The notes: a model not told the origin generated them from the sequence alone. Numbered from the stretch's first letter, positions 1-12,459 are shown. The stretch: 64,000 nucleotides of DNA from Eledone cirrhosa (GCA_964016885.1 OZ024741.1:394444001-394508000); one strand, 5' to 3'. Numbers and translations are program-made.

Positions 1-200
1 TGCTCCTCCTTTTTCTTTTCTCTTGATGTATCAACAATAGATCCAGAGAGACAAAGACAACTGGGAATTGTTCCCCTAATTTTTAGTATAACTGCTGCGA
101 TATCAGTTATTGTAAAACATATGACATTGATTTCTTCGGAATTGCAATAAGCAATACGTCTTTCCAGAGCCACCAGATCCATCAAGAAAGATTCATATTC
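1..200 (-). pseudogene. PIF1-family helicase fragment, probably a Helitron remnant
   Basis: Minus strand reads IFLDGSGGSGKTY (Walker A). After a frameshift it reads NVICFTITDIAAVILKIRGTIPSCL, resembling PIF1 motif Ia (VAxTGIAAxLLxGGxTxHS). Runs off the window edge. Confidence 0.65.
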
Positions 201-362
201 TCACTTATTGAATCACAGCTTTGCAGTCATTTCAATTGTTTATTCTGACTTCTACATTTACAAAATTCTCTACATATTTCTCTGCATATTTTTTTTATTA
301 TCCCATTATCTTTCATCTACTGATGGTGCATGTGTGTATGTATATATATATATGCAAATACG

Positions 363-778
363 GCTACGGCTTCCTGAAACCGTGTTTCTTTAGAAATACG
401 AAATGTCTATACATATTTGTATAAAGCTATGTTTGAAGCGAAATCCTATTTCTATTCTATTATAAGTTGAGCCAACTTATGCAGCTTCATATGCAAATGA
501 GATTAATCACCTCATTTACACAGACGAGAAAACTATATATTCTCGACTGTTCTCAAGTCTAGCAGTCGCAAGCGGTAGGAGGGACCGTCCTGATGAAGGC
601 CAGTCAAGCCTGAAATGCATAGATGGTTGTCCCCCTTGCTTCTGTTGGACACTATCAGAGGGCGTTAGCCCCGGTGTTTGCATAGCTACGGCTTCCTAAA
701 ACCGTGTTTCTTTAGAAATACGAAATTTCTATACATATTTGTATAAAGCTATGCTTGAAGCGAAATACTACTTCTATT
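363..778 (+). mobile_element. Hammerhead-containing 322-bp repeat unit (about 1.3 copies); Penelope pseudo-LTR or retrozyme-like
   Basis: 94-bp direct repeats at 363-456 and 685-778 (period 322) bracket a hammerhead core. Flanked by (TA)n on both sides. Confidence 0.7.
577..637 (+). ncRNA. Minimal type I hammerhead ribozyme
   Basis: Stem I accgtc(584-589)/gatggt(622-627); CTGATGA 590-596; stem II aggc/gcct with 7-nt loop; GAAA 612-615; palindromic ATGCAT helix III; UA cleavage site 620-621. Confidence 0.85.
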
Positions 779-780
779 AC

Positions 781-1016
<236 letters not shown>

Positions 1017-1019
1017 ACT

Positions 1020-2102
1020 TGGGGAGGGTCATATTTGTGTAATATTGCCAGAATTAATAACAGAACACACTCACTGTTTGGTTCATTTTCGCTTCTCGCT
1101 GTCTTTTATATCGGTAATCTAACTTACTCGGTCCTCAATGTTGCCATTGACTGACCGACGGTCAAAAATAATACAGATACAATATAGACACAAACACATA
1201 TATATAGTTTATCATAAATCTTTCGTTGCACATCTGCAACATCGTCAGTGGTGCTATATTTTTCCTCCTGTTGTATTGTATGTCTACGCCATTTTTATTC
1301 AGTCTGTCTATATATTTATTTATTCATTTGCTTGTTTGTTTATTTTATTTTGTCTTCTTTGCGCATGCGTTTGCGTGTGTGTATAGTGTTTTGTTTGCTG
1401 TGTGATGGGTGACTAGTGTGTGTTTATGTGCTTGTTGTTATTGTGCTTGTGTATGTATTTATTTATTTATTTATTTTATTTTATTTACTTATTTATACTT
1501 CTCTTAGGTCAGTGTTGTTTGTTTGGGTATTGTTGTTATTCCATTCTTTCTGTTTAGCCTTGGTCTTCTAATTTCTATTTCATTGGCCTCTCTGATTTGC
1601 CTATCTGCTGGGTCATTTCTATGTTTAGATATTATTCTAATTTCTATGTTGTCTATGTTACCGTCATGTTGTTGTCTAGCATGTTCGTATAGTACTGACC
1701 CGTTTTTTCGTCCTTTTAGTTCCCCCCAGTGTTGGTCTATCCTTTCACCTATGCTACGAGCTGTCTCACCTATGTATGTTGTTGTCATGTTTCTGCAAGT
1801 ACCCTCTGTACATCTTATGCTATAGACTACGTTTCTAGTTTTACAGTTTATCCGGGGTTCACCTTACATATGATACATTTCCTATTGGTACAGTGGGTTT
1901 TCTTAAAAGGGTAGGTTTTGCTGATCAGGGATTTTATGGTGGTTCCTGGCTTTTCTACCACCTTTATTTTTAAGGGCTAGACATAAGATAAGGAAAGCCA
2001 CCTCATGGTACGACAACCAGAGATACCAGAGTGTCATGTTTGTGGACGCTACCCCTGGAGGGAAATTAGCTAACCAGTGTAGAAAGGCCCTGAGAAAGAC
2101 CC
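1020..2102 (-). mobile_element. 5'-truncated Penelope-like retroelement (GIY-YIG endonuclease) with an inverted 5' segment
   Basis: Minus 1980-1504 reads LKIKVVEKPG..CTNRKCIICK..CKTRNVVYSIRC..YIGETARSIGERIDQH..RQIREA..LNRK (one or two frameshifts). Plus 1980-2102 carries the preceding part, SWYDNQRYQSVMFVDATPGGKLANQCRKALRKT. Confidence 0.85.
1202..1259 (-). ncRNA. Degenerate type I hammerhead ribozyme in the 3' region of the Penelope-like element
   Basis: Minus strand: cacca CTGACGA t gttgca gatg tgcaac GAAA gatt TA tgata. Stem II is perfect (6 bp); stems I and III have mismatches. Confidence 0.65.
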
Positions 2103-2245
2103 ACTGCATCTTCCTTCTACTGGGATTTCTTGGCACTTCTTTACCCAGCGGTCACCCTCCATGCGCATCACATGTCCATAACATCTCAGCCTTCACAACT
2201 TATCCCACAACTTATCCCTCTTATACCCAGTTTCTTTCTCAACTC

Positions 2246-2248
<3 letters not shown>

Positions 2249-2314
<66 letters not shown>

Positions 2315-2332
2315 CACACACACAGACACACA
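2249..2332. repeat. (TA)n/(CA)n microsatellite
   Basis: Directly visible. Confidence 0.95.
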
Positions 2333-2386
2333 CAAGCAAAACTATACTTATAAAGGGCATTCAAGTAAATATATAAAAAGCATCTA

Positions 2387-3045
2387 AAAAGACCTGACGG
2401 TCTTACCCTGTGCCCCTGGCCGAGAGGCAGGTGCCTTGTCACCGACGTCACTATTAGTGACTCTTTTGCTTGTTCCCACATCCTTGATGGTGCCGTTAGG
2501 ACGAGAGCCACAGCTTCCGCAGCCGAGCGGAGTAAGACCCTCAAATACTCTGATCTGTCGGCCAGCTACATTTTTCAGCCTGTGGCTTTCGAGAAGTTTG
2601 GGGGAGTCGGGCCGCTTACTGCGAGGTTCCCCTCTTCACTGGCGACTCACCTAATAGAGGTAACTGGCGAATCTCGCGAGAGCGCTTGGTTGTTCGTCAT
2701 CATCCGAGGCAACGTTGCGAGTTTGATGGCTTGCCTCAAAAATCATTAGAGAGGTTGCCCAGTACTCCCCGCAACGTTGCTGTCTTTTGCTCTGGTGTTG
2801 GCTCCGTTGTTCACCCCTTCCTTTACATTTTCTTTAATATTGCAACATTAAAAGAATATATCCTTCTGAAAGAGTCACAAGTAATTTATAATGTTGTCTA
2901 AGCATTTGTAATGTTATTTATGTATATATTTAAAACATATTTGTTATGTTATTCTACTGTAAATTTATTTATATGCTTTGTATATATCATGTGTTCATAT
3001 TTTCACTCCCAATTGTAATGTTATTTAATTTAATAAAATAACAAA
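2387..3045 (+). mobile_element. 3' fragment of a CRE-like non-LTR retrotransposon (restriction-like endonuclease plus 3' UTR)
   Basis: Frame absent from the ORF track reads KRPDGLTLCPWPRGRCLVTDVT..AAERSKTLKY..YIFQPVAFEKFGGVGP..IIRGNVASLMACL, a PD-(D/E)xK RLE. AATAAA near 3032. Confidence 0.8.
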
Positions 3046-3315
3046 AGCTATAAAAAATTATAATAGTTTTTAAAGATGTATATACACACAGATACAAACA
3101 CCTGATAACCCACTACCCCACAGATTATCCACCAGGTAACGATGTCTACCGGATTGCATAAATGTTGGAAGACACCCTCCCCTCATCTAGACTATATATT
3201 AGCAACTACTGCCAACTCCTAAGCTTCACTAACTGTGGGTACCCAACATTGAAACATTAGTTCTTGACTAAGGACCCAGTGATAAACATAAATATAAATG
3301 AATATAAATATATGT

Positions 3316-5340
3316 TAGGGTGTGCCATAAAAAGCAAGGTCACAATACTAACGCTCCCTGTGTATTTTCCCATTATAAATGCCCCAATTGGTAAAATAAA
3401 ACATATTTTGTATAAAATAAATTATTTTAAGCCTTGCCTATATCATGGTGATTATAGTGGAAAGTGTGATTATGCTGCATGAAATCAAGAAAATGTGAAA
3501 CCAAATATGGCCATACAATAATTGTTTATTTTATTAATCCAATATATTTAGTAAACCAGCTTTGAATATAAAGGCGTACAAGCAAGAAACAAGATCAGTT
3601 AAGTTAACTCCAGTCATATTTTTTTCAGAGTTTCTTTTTTGATATCCGGGACCTTGCGACGATGAGCTTCGACTACTTGAAGAACACACTGCTTCTCCTC
3701 CTCATTCTTGGTGATGGCAACAAAATCAGTTATCAACTTGACTGCTCTCTCCGCCAGATCGTTGACTACCTTGATATTGTGAACAACAGCACCTGCATTT
3801 TGATATGACGCTTGTGACGACCAAGTTGCAGGTGACAGCTCAGGCCAAGTATCGTTGAGACCAAGGAGATCGAACAGAAGCCTTGATTTCTTCCCAACTA
3901 GATGAGGCAGCTTCGTGGACGACTTCAACTCGGGAAATACTGGAACACCACGGTCGAGAGGCCCAGACGTTTTCGTTTTGACAAGACATTGTTTCTTCTC
4001 GGACTCTTGAACCCGACTTGAAAACAGTGCTAGCGGAATGGCTTCCTTCGTCAGGTACCAAAGATGCCTGCTCAGAGCAGTAGTGGCTGCCTGCGAGAGA
4101 TCTCTGTCAACCTTACTGTACTGTGTCAACTCCACGTAGAATTGAAGGTCATTGGATGGTGCATCAGCACACTTGACTGCTGTCAGCCAGTATCGCACGC
4201 AGAACAGAGCATTGAATATACAGGTCCGGCGCAACTTTTCCATTTTAGCTTGAACGTAATTGAGTCGCTCACCAAATGCATACATCTTTGCACTATAGAT
4301 GATTGGTGGACATCCACCGAGCATTATGATGTGCACCAGGCAGCATCCAATGAATTCCACAAGGAGGGGTGACACCAAGCAAGATCAACATCAACTCGGC
4401 ACATTCTCGGTAGTCGTCCCGTGGAAGAGAACCTATTTTCCCATCGTCGGATGTCAGCAAATCTTGGAGGAACTTGATGTTCTCAGAACACAGATGCTCG
4501 AGTCTCCGGTCGACAATGTTCAATGTTTTAAAGTTGGTCTTGTCCGTGAGTGACACCCAATCTTTTTTGAACTCATTGAACTCTGGGGTGTCTGGACTGG
4601 ACATTGCTCTGAATACTTGTTGCCACACTGCACACAAGATACGCTCCATGACATGATGCTGACCAGCAAAATAAAACACCTTTTTGATGAGCATCTCTTC
4701 TACTTTAAAACGCAGGCACCATTTTTCCATCCAGAATTCGAAGCAATTGTGTGGAAGACCAAACCCACCACAGACCCATCAACATTCCAATCTTTAACAA
4801 GATAGATCAAATGATGCTTTGGCTTGGGTGGTTCCAGTGCCATCAGGAATTATGGGAACACCGAGGAGTTTACCTTCTCTGAAGTCCGGAGTTCCAGCAA
4901 CTAGCACACTTAGCCTCTCGTGGTCACCAGGAATTATTTTGCCATCCCAATGCAAGGTAACAAACTTTGGCACAGCAAATTGTTCCTTTATGTATTCATC
5001 CCCCGCAGTTCTGATCTTCTTAGCTGTACGTCTGCTACTATTCTTGGAGAGAGTTGTGGCGTCTATATCAGTCCCACCCTCAGAAATAATTAATGCCATA
5101 AACATATTGCCCCAGGAGCCATATTTCTCGATCATCACAACGGAGCGAGTAGCTACAACTAGACCCACTGGTTTCCGCCATTATTCTGCCAATTTGCAAC
5201 TATTAGGCAAAGCTTAAATTAGTCTGAAATAATCAAAATTACATTATAAATTGATAATATACAAAATGGCATGAGAAAATGCATAGAGAGCTAAGAAAAA
5301 AAACACTTTTGTGTAAAATGTAGGATTCTGGAACACCCTA
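3316..5340 (-). mobile_element. hAT-superfamily (hATm-like) DNA transposon, internally deleted, transposase pseudogene
   Basis: TIRs TAGGGTGTGCC / TAGGGTGTTCC; 8-bp TSD atatatgt/atatatat. Frameshifted ORFs 5168-3614 carry LHWDGK, decayed FHTIASNSG and AGQHH, ARWM, and VNDLAERAVKLI. Confidence 0.8.
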
Positions 5341-5374
5341 ATATATATATATTTATATATATATATATATATCT

Positions 5375-5790
5375 AGGGCAGGCAAAATTCCTGAGATCCA
5401 TGGATGAGTTCTCTCCAGCAAGCTCTGTCCTTAATCATTGCCATTATATCCCGCATCTCCCGGGGATCAGTGTCTGTCTTTAAGGCATCAACATATGTTA
5501 TCCTTAGTCCCTCTCTAACAGTGTGTCAATGTAGGGGCTTCCACAGAACCACTGAGTACAGTGTCAGTGAGCTAACCTCAGTCTCCTCTGTGTCATTTTC
5601 AAGCTGACTTTAGGTAGGCTCCCATATAGCTCTGAGTTCATCCTCAGTACATACTGGTTAATGTTCTGAGCCATCCTCAGCATCTTTGGGTAGCACCCAT
5701 CAACCATCTGAGTGAGTCTCTTGGTAAGTGTTCACGCCTTAGACCCATACCTCTTGACCTAGTAGAACATCTAAGATGTGTCAACTTGAG
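5375..5790 (-). mobile_element. RTE-type LINE 3' fragment
   Basis: Minus strand encodes decayed LWKP-H..TYVDALKTDT..AMIKDRACWR. Confidence 0.6.
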
Positions 5791-6449
5791 AGAGATAGAG
5801 AGAGAGCGCTCTCCCATAACTGCACTGACATTTTCTTTAATGACCCCAAAAGGATGACTATCAAAGTGGATTTCAGTAGGATTGCATTATGAAAGTTTTA
5901 CACATTACACAATGCCAGAAAAATTCATTAATTTAGTGTTAAGTCTATCATTTAGTATAAAGTATATCATTATCTAGTTACTCTGGCACATGGGGAATAA
6001 GGCAACTTCAAGAATTTGTCTGTAGTTATATTTAGATAGCCTGAAAATATTATTTTCACTTGTGTTTTCATGAATATGAATCAAAAGCTGTCTCCTTTAA
6101 TCATATTTTATCATAACTATATTTTTCTACAAAGAAGGAAAAACTACAACATTGACAGTTCACATTACACCATTACCTTTATTGAAACAATTTTAAAGAT
6201 TTAAGGTCTATTTGGACCTGAAATTGTGTGCCCCACTGAGGCAGGGGATGGTGCAAAATACACATGTTCTGTATTGCAAGACCTCTTGAGAGCTCTGATT
6301 TTTTGGACAGTATTGGAATATCTCTAAATAGTACACCAGAGAGGCTAAGGTTTGTGTAAGAAACTATAGATGTCCTGTTACATCTTCAATTTTCACTTGT
6401 AGCTGAGAAGTCCAATATTGTTTTTACTACATTGCCTATTTATTTCATT

Positions 6450-7140
6450 GTTTAATGTCTATTTAACACACTAGCATGGGTTAGATGGGTTGTCCCGTTT
6501 AAGGCATGGCACGTCAGATGACCATGTCTTGCTCGCACAGAACTCTCACTAGCCTGGTTTCTACGGCTGGATGCCCTTCCTAATGCCAACCACATTTACA
6601 GTGTGGGCTGGATGTTTTTAGTCGTGATACCAACACAACCACATTATAGTGTGGACTGGAGACTGGGGAAAAAGGTGTAAGGGCATGGGAGAAGTATGAT
6701 CATATGTGGGTTGGGTGTTAGGGCATGGGAGGTGTATGAAAGTGGGAGGGAGGATAGTGGTTATGTGGCACATACTAGATATATGCTTCAGTTCATGCAC
6801 ATGAGAAGGTAGGTCTTCTGTATTACTGCATAAGCTAAAGATCTCGATCCTGTGTCATTGTCTTTGAGAGGTGCAATTGTGTAAGGTCAGCTTTTATCAC
6901 CTCGTCCCAGATTTTCCTACTCTATAGCATTCATCAACTTTGATCGCCCTGAACCTTTTTATACAGCAGTCATCCTTCATACACATTACATGTCCAACAC
7001 AATCTCCTCTCTTGCATACTGCATCTGATCCCTCTTATGCCCAATTTCTCTCTCAGTTCATTTACACTTTGCCGTTTGTGTACATTAATATTACACATCC
7101 ATCGGAGCATGCAGACTTCATTTCTTGCATGCTCTAATGG
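6450..7140 (-). mobile_element. RTE LINE 3' end ((GAT)n-tail family)
   Basis: LERNE-like/MLRWMCN..LREKLGIRGIRC..QERRL; 3' UTR matches the 43196-43420 copy. Confidence 0.8.
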
Positions 7141-7182
7141 ATGTGTAATATACATGAATGGAAATATATTATATACTATATA

Positions 7183-7264
7183 TTCATCCTTACGGGGTCG
7201 ATAAAATAAAGTACCAGCAATGCACTGGGTAATTGCTGGCCTTGTGCCTAAAGTAGAAACAATT
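7183..7264 (+). mobile_element. Nin/Deu-domain SINE, 5'-truncated
   Basis: ttcatccttacggggtcgataaaataaagtaccag...gtagaaac. Confidence 0.85.
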
Positions 7265-7279
7265 ATATACTATATATAT

Positions 7280-7576
7280 TGTACATGAGGAGCATCTAGG
7301 AGGGATAACTAATCTCTCAGAACCTGAGATCACAAGAGCAGTTAAAGAGGTCAAATGTGGCAAAGCTGCTAGGGTGAATGAAATTAGGCCCGAGTTGTTC
7401 AAAGCTTTAAATAGAGATGGCATTTTCTGGCTGACTTGTGCCTGGATCTCTGGAAAGGCATCTAATCAATGAGAGTTGGGAGGGAGGGATAATCCTAATT
7501 TTCAAAAAGGTAGACATGAGAGATTGCTCCATTTATAGCAGGCTCTCCTTGTTAAGCCTCCTCAGCTATGCTAAGT
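7280..7576 (+). mobile_element. RTE RT-region fragment
   Basis: Similar to 36325-36630. Confidence 0.7.
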
Positions 7577-8318
7577 GTCTGGCTGCACAAGACCAATCTC
7601 TAAACACTCGGGCCTATAGACACAGAATAGTGAAAGATGGGACTAACCCTCTATGCAGAATATGCTACAAACATGATGAAACGGTAGATCATGTTATCTC
7701 CGGGTGTCCAGAGCTGGCAAAAACTGACGATATAGAAAGACACAACTGCTTTGCTAAATATGTGCACTAGATGCTATGCCGCTCATGACATCCAAACTTC
7801 TAACAAATGGTATGAACATCAACCAAAAACAGTCATGGAAAAGGGCAACATCTCCATCTTGTGGGATATGTCTGTGATAACCGACTAAGAAATCTCTGCC
7901 AACAGACCAGATACCATCAGAAAAAACAAAACAGATCAGACATGTAGCCTTATAGATATTTCCATACCAGCTGACAAGAATAAATCTATAAAAACAATGG
8001 AAAACTGTCAAAATAGAAAGACCTGGAAATAGAGATCAACCGCATGTGGAGGATGACCAGAAACACTATCCCTGGGGTAATAGGAGCATTAGGATTAATA
8101 CCCAAATCATCAGACCTGTACCTTAGTGTCCTTCCCAGCAAGATCAGCAAATATGAGCTACAGAAGATCCATCTACTAGGAACAGCACACATTCTCAGAC
8201 GAGTTCTCTCTCTACATTGAAAACCTCTATTGCCCTAGGTTCAATGGTTGATCCCGACAATAGAGAAACAGAACTGAGCTAAACGAAATAGCACAACAAC
8301 AACAACAACAACAACAAC

Positions 8319-8350
<32 letters not shown>
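7577..8350 (+). mobile_element. Dong/R4-clade LINE 3' part (CCHC finger plus RLE) with (AAC)n(AAT)n tail
   Basis: AAQDQSLNT..CRICYKHDETVDHVISGC..RHN..ANRPD; stops and frameshifts. Confidence 0.85.
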
Positions 8351-8351
<1 letters not shown>

Positions 8352-11300
8352 CATGATTTCATTTATTGGCCACAAGGGCCGACATATAGGGTACAATACA
8401 AAAGACTGGGACAGTGGGGTTTTACAGAAAAATCGAGTAAACAATATGAATAACAATAACAAAGTAACAATAACAAAGTAACAATAAAGTAACAATAAAA
8501 TTACAAGAAACAATTCCCCAATAGGGGGGGATGACCACCCAGATTTCGCTCAGGTACCCCACCAATCCTGAACGACCCGACGCTTCGAGAGCACCCTGGA
8601 AGGCCACCCCTCTCCTCTTCAAATTTACCTACCTACAGCCGCATGACTAGAGTAGGCCCACTCACGGGCCATTCTCGCCACATTCACCCACCTTTCAGCA
8701 AATGTACTGGGAGGCAGCACTTCTCTCTCCACCTTCACCTTCCTTTCCAAGTAAAACTTGAAAAAGTTGATGAGGGATTGGCCGAAGAGAAAGGTGTCTG
8801 TCTTCAGTCCTTTCAACCTCGTCCACCATACAACCTCTTTTGCTACTGCCACCAGACAGAGGAAAATTGCCTGCCCTTCCTGGCCAAAAGAAGGCGGCGG
8901 GTCGATCTTCACTATGGACTCGGCCGATAGCCGGATACGTTCTACACGCGACAACAGCTGTTCAACATAACTCCACAAGTCAGTAATGCATGGACACTTG
9001 ACGAGTGCGTGCAGAACGGTTTCGTCGCTCTGCGCGCATCTCGGGCAGGTCCGTCTGACAGCACTTCCGTGCCTGTAGAGTTTATCTCGAACCGGCAGTG
9101 CCCCCCGGTAGCACTGCCAAGCGAGGGATTTTGGGAAATTATCCATCGTCCCGCTCGAAAGTCCTCCAGTACAGACTGGTTAGTTCGACTTCGTTGACTC
9201 CTAGAGCCTCTCCGAGTGCGTCGTCGCACTTGCCCACCACTAATCCTCTATAGAACTCGAGAGTGGAAGTTCCACTGACCGCATTGCCCACCTGGTAGAG
9301 GGCAGTGAGTGCCTGGCAACATTCCAGATGCCAGTCACCCAGTCTCGGTCTCTTTTTGACCCAGGACTGCAGCTCAGTCAAAGAAACGAGCTGCGGAAAG
9401 GCCCGTCTGACAAACGGCGACCACACCTGTTCACCGTTTAGGCAGAATATCTGGAGATGCCGCAGCCTCAGCGCATGCCTGCGCATCATTAGCGATGGCA
9501 TGCCCAGCCCTCCACGTAGAGGGTGCTGGCAGCAGATGGGCCGCCTCACCAGCGGAACCTGACCCCTCCACAAGAATTTGAAGAGGAGCCGCTCCAAGAT
9601 GGCGAGGTGCGAAAGGGGGCAAGGGAAGACGGTCAGACGGTAGTAGATGACGTTCGCCACCTCCGCCCGACTTTCAGTGATAGCTTCATCCCAGCCCATT
9701 TCTGGGTGAGACTGGCTACCCTGCCCGTCACCTTGTCCCAATTCTTATCCACCTGGAGGTCTGGCCCGAACCAAACCCCAAGCAACTTTACCGGTCCGTC
9801 CGTCCAGCGCCTAACGACGCTGTTGGACGGCATGGACTTGCCTCTCCAGGTGCCGAGTTGCAAGCCCACCGACTTTTCGGGGTTAAGTTTTGCTCCCGTC
9901 AACCTTTCATATTCCTCCAATAAGTTGCCGACCACCTCGATTTCTGAGGTGTCCGACACCATCACGGTGATGTCGTCCGCATAAGCTGACACCGCCTTTC
10001 CGCGTCCCGGTTCGAGCGGGATGCCCTGCAACAGCTCCAGCTTCCGCAGTAAAGGCTCAAGAGTCAATACGTACAGAAGGGAGGAGAGAGGGCACCCTTG
10101 ACGGACCGATCGGGAGACCTGAAATGGTTCCGAGAGATGGCCATTAATTTTAACCATCGAGCAGGTGCCGCTGTGCATTGCAGCGATCCAGCTTCTGAAG
10201 ACGGGGCCGAAGCCAGCCGCCTTGAGGACAGCCTCCAGGTACCGATGGTCGACCCTATCGAATGCTTTCGATTGATCTAAATTGATCAGAGCCTCACCGA
10301 ATCCAGGTTTACACCCTACCCTCTCTATGATGCATCGCATTAGGTGGAGGTTGTCGTGTATGGACCTGGTTGGGATTGCGCAAGTTTGCGCCTCCCCAAC
10401 CAAATCCCCGACGACAAGCGCCAACCTCTTCGCTAACACCCTGGCCAAAATCTTAAACTCTGTGTTGAGCAGAGTTATGGGCCTGAAATTGTCTAATGTG
10501 TCCCTCTTGTTCTCGTCTTTCCTTATCAGCGTCACTACGCCCCGGCTCACAGAACTTGGAATACTCCCGTTTTGCTGCCAGTTGCAGTAGAGGGCTTCGA
10601 GGAGATTGGAGAACAAGTCTGGCATATTTACGTAAAGCTCGTAGGGCAGACCATCCAAACCGGGTGACTTGCGCCTCATGCAGCCGACAAGGGCATCCTG
10701 AATCTCGGCTGAAGTAATTGGCCTTTCGCAGCGCCCAGCGTCAGCCGTCGAGAGTTGCGGCAAACCATCGAGGTAGGGACTGAAGTCCGCCACCATCTCT
10801 GACCCGCCACTTCCCCCGAACAACCGAGCAAAATGTTGGCGAAAGGCCTCATACATCCTCTTGGAATCGCTCAGCTCGTGCCCGTCTCGGTCCGTCAAAG
10901 ACCGAATCGTGGTTTTATTACCACGCTGCGCCTCTGCCACGCGGGCCCATCGAACAGCTTTGGTTCCCTCGTTTCTCAGAGCACGCGCCTTAGCTCTGAC
11001 AATGCAACCTTCGTGTTTCGCATTGAAGAAATGGTCTAATGCCATTCTCGCCGCTAGCGCATCAGCTGCAATGCCACTACCAATAGCCTCGTCTAACTTA
11101 TCTATGTTGAGTTTTTTTTTTCTTTTTGTGTTTCCTTTTTTGTATTTTGGAGGATTTTGGATTTCCCTCATTTTCACTACTGGTAGATGAGGGGTCTGCG
11201 TCTGTAAGTGTGTCTGTATGTATGTTTATGGTTTTATTGGTGTGTGTGTGTATTTTTGGGGGGAGTGGGAATTTGACAGCTTTCTTCGTTTCCCCCCTGG

Positions 11301-12036
11301 GTGGTCATTGGTGTTGTTGTTGGTGGTTTTGCCGGTGCTGGTGTTGGTTGTGGTCCTCGCCCCGGCGTCGGCAGCAGTGGAGCCTTTCGACCCCTTGCTT
11401 CTTTCAGCAGTTGAGGGCAGAAGGCTCGCAAATGGGTTTTTTCCCCACAAACAAAACACTGCGGCATTTTGCCTTCGGTCATAATGTGAATGACCGCCCC
11501 ATTCTGAAGGCGGATGTGGTCCGGGATTGTCTTCACATTCTCGGGCCTGATCTGGAGAAGGATCTCCAGGTCAACCCTGGACCAGTCCTCTCTGGCCGTT
11601 CTGGTCACTTCTATAGGGACTGTATCCATCCCCTCCACAATCACACATCCCAGAAGCCACCACATGTCAAGTCCTGGTGGGATTCTGGGAATGCGGAGAC
11701 GGGCCGTTCTTTTTCCCATGTGGGAGGGGTACATTATGACCTTGCTGGTTTTGCAAGGAGTCATAGCGTGTTTCATAGCGAGGGCTTCTGACTTGAACAA
11801 CACCGAAATGGTGCCGTACTGTCTGCCCCTCTCTATGTACTGGGTGTCTTCTCTGATGCACCTCAGCGCGACTTCGACATCTTGTGGGATTAACGCTGTC
11901 CTTTTGGTCTGTGCTGAGATGCATCTATAATGCACCGTTTTGCGCTCCACTGCCTCAATAGCTTCTACCGGGACAGTTAAGTTGGCTCAAGTTTGCTCTT
12001 GCTTGATGAGCTTCCATGCCTGGGGGGGGGGGGGGG
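8351..12036 (-). mobile_element. L1-clade Tx1 element: ORF1, ORF2 RT and C-terminal zinc finger; endonuclease region deleted; 5' end displaced
   Basis: ORF1 11950-11234 with CFVCGEKTHLRAFC knuckle. RT 11177-9633 with KSPGLDG, FRPITLLN, KAFDRV, QGCPLS, YADD. CPRC..ETVLHALVKC finger; (ATT)n tail. Confidence 0.92.
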
Positions 12037-12380
12037 ATTTTTGGTTTGAGATTGAAGCAAACCAGAGAGTGATCTGTGTCACAGTCAGCAGTCTAAAAGG
12101 ACCGAGTCAGAAGTACATCTCTCAAGTGGTTGTGTCTTGTGAAGATCAGATCTAGCTGGTGCCAGTGCCCTGAACAAGGATGATTCCAGGAAACTTTGTG
12201 CTGAACTTTGGCTTCGGAGTAGGTGTTGGTGACACATAGTCCATGGAGCATACAGAGCTCAAACAATCGTTGCCTGTTGTCATTCATGTTACTGACCCTA
12301 TGCCATCCCAACACTGTCCAGGAGTCATGGTCAGCTCCCACTCTGGCATTGAAGTTGCCAAGTAGCATCAGCTGTTAAGC
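12037..12380 (-). mobile_element. RTE (BovB-like) AP-endonuclease fragment
   Basis: LLGNFNARVG..LCVTNT..SWNHPCSGHWHQLDLI..ADCDTDHSLV. Confidence 0.85.
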
Positions 12381-12459
12381 CACACGAAAGTTAAGTCACA
12401 TGAAAATGCCAGGAGTTGGATTCGGTTGTCAGGCTATTTGAGGCGCATACCATGGGGAA

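Noticed and set aside
10098-11791. Plus-strand ORFs overlapping Tx1
   Set aside because: Antisense shadows of GC-rich retroelement coding sequence.
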